Shown in pieces: positions 47,551 through 51,593 of a stretch of DNA of 51,593 nt. A program made the position numbers and the translations under genes. The stretch comes from Armatimonadota bacterium (lineage in GTDB: Bacteria > Armatimonadota > Zipacnadia > Zipacnadales > UBA5352). The DNA is taken from contig JAYENL010000004.1 of assembly GCA_034722055.1 (NCBI GenBank), positions 1-51,593 on the forward strand, written 5' to 3'. The notes under the pieces are model-generated. The model worked only from the letters and a program-made list of their open reading frames with translations, was not told the DNA's origin and ran no database searches. Position 1 is the first letter of the stretch. Each line of letters begins with the position of its first letter.

Positions 47551-48600
47551 TCACTGAAGCTCGCAGGCGAGAGTCTGGTAGGGGACGCCCGGCCGGGCGG
47601 CGGACGACACGCCCGGGGCCGGCGCCATCAGGGCGCTGAGAGTCTGCCAGCGGTGGATGAGGTAGTCCAGCGCCGCCCCTGCCGGCATGGCGTGGCTGCT
47701 GCCGGCGGTTACCGAGTTCACCTCGCTGTCGCCGGTCTCAGTCCACGACGGCAGTGCGACCAGCCCGCCGTCCTGCAGCAGCCGGCCTGAGCCGGAGAAG
47801 TCCGATCCCAGGTGGAAGTCGCCGCTGACCCCGTCGCCCAGGTCGGCGGTCATGCTCCCCCAGCGGCCGGGAGCGCTGGCGGCCTCGGCCAGACTGAACT
47901 CCACCGTCTCCCCGTTGATGGCGTATGTGCCGGTGCTGGCCTGGGAGAAGTCAGGCCACATGAAGTCGGGCGGCACGAGCGGAACCTCCAGGGAGAACGT
48001 GGACCCGTCGCTCTGCTCCGACTGCACGGTCGTCCGCCCATCCGCGGTGAGGACCTCGAACTGCTGCCTGAGCCCGCTGGGGAGCTCGGACGTCCCCTCC
48101 AGCTCGACAGCGTCATCGGACATGTCGAAGCGCGTCCCCTGGTCATCGATGATGGAGGTGTAGCTCACGGTCAGTCCGTCGCTGGAGGTGACCTCCCAGT
48201 CGATGGTGGTCTGTGAGACACCGTCGAACTCAGGGGCGGACTGGTGGACCGTCTGCGAGGTCCCGTCGGGGTAGGTGATCTCCACACTCGCGCTGCCGTC
48301 CGGGAAGGTCGTGACCACCGCCTCGGTGCCGTCGGGCGCGGTGTAGGTCATACTGACCGAGCCGTCGTCGTTGAAGACAGGATCGCCGAACGAGGGCTCC
48401 CCGGTGCCGGTCTGGCTGGTCACCAGGCCCGACAGGATCTGTCCCCACTGTTTCACGAACAGCACCGCCGAGACCTGCCTCGGCGTATAGCGCGAGCCCA
48501 CCGTCTGCACGCCGCGGATGCTCCCGCTCGAGCAGCCGGCGAGCAGCAGGACGAGACACGCCAGTGTCAGCACGCAGGCGCCTCTGAGCGCGGATCGCAT
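47551..48600 (-). CDS. Hypothetical lipoprotein, Ser/Thr/Gly-rich and beta-rich
   Basis: LLLAGC lipobox; repeated PDGT/SDG turns; GGGAGG RBS; 20 bp after the barrel gene. Confidence 0.75.
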   Translation of the reverse strand: MRSALRGACVLTLACLVLLLAGCSSGSIRGVQTVGSRYTPRQVSAVLFVKQWGQILSGLVTSQTGTGEPSFGDPVFNDDGSVSMTYTAPDGTEAVVTTFPDGSASVEITYPDGTSQTVHQSAPEFDGVSQTTIDWEVTSSDGLTVSYTSIIDDQGTRFDMSDDAVELEGTSELPSGLRQQFEVLTADGRTTVQSEQSDGSTFSLEVPLVPPDFMWPDFSQASTGTYAINGETVEFSLAEAASAPGRWGSMTADLGDGVSGDFHLGSDFSGSGRLLQDGGLVALPSWTETGDSEVNSVTAGSSHAMPAGAALDYLIHRWQTLSALMAPAPGVSSAARPGVPYQTLACELQ

Positions 48601-48620
48601 CGGCCATTCCTCCCGGTCGG

Positions 48621-51162
48621 TCAGTGACGGTACTCCACGCCGGCTCGCACAGCCAGCCCGGACTGTGGGAAGCCCCGGAACGTCTGGTAGGCCTCGTCGG
48701 TCAGGTTCAGTATCTCGACGAAGTAGTTCTCGTGCAGGTTGCGCTGGTACTGGGCGCGCAGGTTCAGCAGGCCATAGCTGGACACCGTCTGCGTATTGGA
48801 CGCGTCGTGGAAGCGGTCGTCCACCCAGACGCCCTCAAGGCCGACGCGCCACCCCTCCGGGGCAATGTAGTCAAGCCGCCCGCCGAGCTGCCATTGTGGA
48901 ACGTAGGGCCACTCGGTGCCGGTCACCTGCACCTCGGGGACGCTGCCCTCGCTGTCCTGCCAGCGCACCCAGACCCGGCCGGTCATGGTGTCGTTCAGCC
49001 ACTGCTCGTAGCCCACATCCGCCACCCAGCGCTGGCCCTCCTCGATGAGCACCCGGGCGGGCAGGCCGGTGAAGGCCGGGTCCTGGGTGTCGATCATCAG
49101 CCCGTCCACGTCCTGATATGCCAGCGCCCCGGTGAGGGTGCCGCCGGGGCCGGCGTTGCGCTGATAGCGCAACTGATAGGACTGCCCCGATCCGCCCTCG
49201 ATGAAGTTGAGGTAGCGCAGCCCGAAGGGATCGGCCAGCGGCTCCACGGGAGCCAGCTCCGCGATGTCGGTGCGGAAGATCGGGTCGGCGCTGAGCGACA
49301 GCCAACTCGACCGATCGGGCCGGTAGAGGGCCACGAACCTGGGACGCGACACGCTGTCGGCCCCGCTCTCCTTCCCCCATCTCCCGCCGAGCAACACGCT
49401 GAGGTCCTCGCTGACATCGCGCTGCGCCTCGATCCAGAAGGTGCCCGTCTCGGGGGACGTGGAGGTCGCGAACGGCTCGAAGACGACCTCGCCAGTGTCG
49501 GGATCGACTGCCCCGACCTGTCCGGAGCGATCCCTGTCAGTCCACTGATGGGCGTAGCCGGCACGGAGGCGGGTACCGTCGTCGAGGTCCGCCTCCCCCC
49601 GCACCTCCGGGATGTGCTGGGTCTGCTGGTTCTCGAGCATCCGGAAGGGCTTGTCATCGGCGCCCTGCAGGCTCCCGGGATTGCGGAACCGGAACTGGCT
49701 GTTGCGCACCGTGTACTTCACGGTGGCGCTCGCGTTCGGCGAGAGCTTCGACCGATAGGCCACCAGGGCGTCCCAGCCGCTCAGCGCGTGGCGGTCATCC
49801 GCATCGCCCGGGCTGTCCTCCATGCGTGGTCCGGGAAGGGCGGCGTCGGTGTCGAACCACGTTCCGTAGAGGGCCAGTTGATGGTCCGGGTCCGACTGGT
49901 GTCCGGCGATGACCTCGACCAGCCCCTCGCTGTGATCCTGATTGACGGCCCGGAAGCCGTCGCTGTCCTCGGTGAGGCCGCTGGCGAAGTAGCTCAGGCG
50001 CCCCTCATCGGCCGTCCCGCTGTGCCGGGCGTCGAGGTGCAGCTCGTCGTGACTGCCGATCCAGCCGGTGGTCTCGGTGCGGGCATAGCGGCGCGTCTCT
50101 AACATCGCGGACGGGTCCCTGGTCAGCGCGGTGAGGATCTCGCGAACTGCGTCCCGCGCCCTGTCGGCCTCCAGGTAGAGCTGGGCGAGCTGGTAGTGCG
50201 CCTGCGGGTAGTCCTCGTCCAGGGCGACGGCCTGTCGCAGCTCGGTCAGCGCCCGATCGGTCCGGCCCTGCCGCATGTAGATCCTCGCCAGGACGGTATG
50301 CACGAAGGGCGAGCGCTCGCCCAGCTCCACGGCCCGCTCGCCCATCTCCAGTGCCCTGGCATGCTCATTCAGCTCCAGGTGCACGAAGGCGAGGTTGGCG
50401 TATGGCAGACCCCAGCCCGGCTGCAGCTCGACGGCGCGCTGCAGGTGCTCGACGGCCACGGACATCCTGCCATCCGAGGCATACAGGCCGCCCAGGTTGT
50501 TCTGCACCGCTGCGGAGCCGGTGTCCAGGGCCAGGGCCGCCTTCTGCTGGTCCAGTGCCTCCCGGAAGCGGCCCCGGCGCGCCATCACCAGCCCCCAGCC
50601 GGTGTGGGCCTCGGCCAGGTTCGGGTCCAGAGCGAGGGCCTGCTGGAACTGCTCGTCGGCGGCCTGCGGATCGTTGTTGAGCATCAGCAGCAGCCCGTAG
50701 GTGCTGTGAGCGGGCGCGCTGTTGGGGTTGAGGCTGGTGGCGGCGCGGGCCTGGTCCAGTGCCGCCTCCATCTCCCCCTCCGCCGCCGTGAGCTTGGCCA
50801 GCGTCAGATGGGCTCGCGCGGAGACCGGATTGAGCTCCAGCGCCCGCTCCAGCTCCTGCCGGGCCCGCTGGAAGCTGCCGCCGAAGAAGTGCGCCGTACC
50901 CAGCGCGTCGTGGGCCAGGGCCGACGCCGGGGCGGCGGCGACCGCAGCAGAGCCCGCGGCCTCGGCCTCCTCGAGCCTGCCCTGCACCAGCCGAACGTAG
51001 GCCAGGTAGCTCTGCGCGAGATGATTCTGCGGCCCGAGGTCGGCAGCCGTGGAGGCGGCCTCATCGGCTGCCGCCAGATCGCCGAGCCGAAGCTGGGCGG
51101 CGGCGAGGTAGGCGTGGGGGAGAGGGTCGTCGGGCGCCATCTCCGCGGCGCTCTGTAGAAGT
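48621..51162 (-). pseudogene. TPR-repeat plus TonB-dependent-receptor-like beta-barrel protein, 5' end cut by an IS insertion
   Basis: ~10 TPRs followed by amphipathic strands, NL.D..Y, terminal GVEYRH; no signal peptide; TPR frame stays open up to the IS end. Confidence 0.75.
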
Positions 51163-51593
51163 GGGCTATCCGATTGACTCAGGTAGCTGTGTGGCGTAGT
51201 CTTCGCGAGTATGGAGGACTACCCGCGGACGATCCTGGAACTTGAGTCGCGCTTCGGCACGGAGCAAGCGTGTCGCGACTATCTGTTCAGCCTGCGCTGG
51301 CCTGAGGGCTTCCGTTGCCCCCGTTGCGGGCACGACAAGGCGTGGGCCCTGGCCCGCGGGCTGCACGAGTGTGCCGCGTGTGGCGTGCAGACCTCGGTGA
51401 CCGCAGGCACCATCTTCCAGGATACGCGCAAGCCCTTGCGGCTGTGGTTCCGCGCCGTGTGGTACGTGACCAACCAGAAGACGGGCGTGAGTGCTCTGGG
51501 CCTGCAGCGTGTTCTGGGCCTGGGCAGCTACGAGACGGCCTGGGTGTGGCTGCACAAGCTGCGCCGTGCCATGGTGCGGCCTGGTCGGGACCG
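51163..51593 (+). mobile_element. IS1595-family insertion sequence, left part
   Basis: Putative left end GGGCTATCCGATTGACTCAGG followed by the transposase ORF; runs off the window. Confidence 0.85.
51211..51593 (+). CDS. IS1595-family transposase (N-terminal part, not in the ORF track)
   Basis: MEDYPRT...RWPEGFRCPRCG...ECAACG.QTSVTAGTIF..TR.PL..WF...GVSA..LQR.LGLGSYETAW.WLHKLRRAMVRP (Zn ribbon plus HTH). Confidence 0.95.
   Translation, partial: MEDYPRTILELESRFGTEQACRDYLFSLRWPEGFRCPRCGHDKAWALARGLHECAACGVQTSVTAGTIFQDTRKPLRLWFRAVWYVTNQKTGVSALGLQRVLGLGSYETAWVWLHKLRRAMVRPGRD

Noticed and set aside
51166..51555. 129-aa minus-strand ORF
   Set aside because: Antisense to the IS1595 transposase

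Overview
This is a 51.6-kb, very GC-rich bacterial window. The prepilin/H-X9-DG (DUF1559-like) gene and the TPR/outer-membrane-barrel gene suggest a diderm, probably Armatimonadota-like organism (inference). Housekeeping and metabolic genes include purL, pyrE, a ribB-like gene, a larA-like gene, an alpha-glucan phosphorylase, UroD-like proteins, and sugar oxidoreductases/epimerase. The centrepiece is a ~14.4-kb minus-strand cluster (24576-38973) encoding a Hyf-type group 4 [NiFe]-hydrogenase with three antiporter-like subunits. It is preceded not by a normal formate dehydrogenase but by an FdhF-like protein that lacks all three catalytic residues, plus an AsrA/AsrB (HydB/HydG)-type flavin module, suggesting an NAD(P)H-linked, complex-I-like energy-converting hydrogenase. 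Intergenic DNA is unusually structured. It holds an IS50-like MITE with a perfect 9-bp target duplication, two copies of a second MITE-like family inside the hydrogenase cluster, and IS1380-like ends. It also holds many REP-like palindromes, into which small perfect hairpins appear to have been inserted as modules. Other items are an MNT-HEPN-MNT triplet next to a 23 x 10-bp tandem array, a degenerate GGDEF protein with an intact I-site, a Thr-nucleophile sulfatase-like enzyme, a GntR/ABC deletion scar, and an IS1595-family element interrupting a TPR-barrel gene at the right edge. No rRNA, tRNA or CRISPR array was recognised. All calls are by eye from motifs; no database searches were run.
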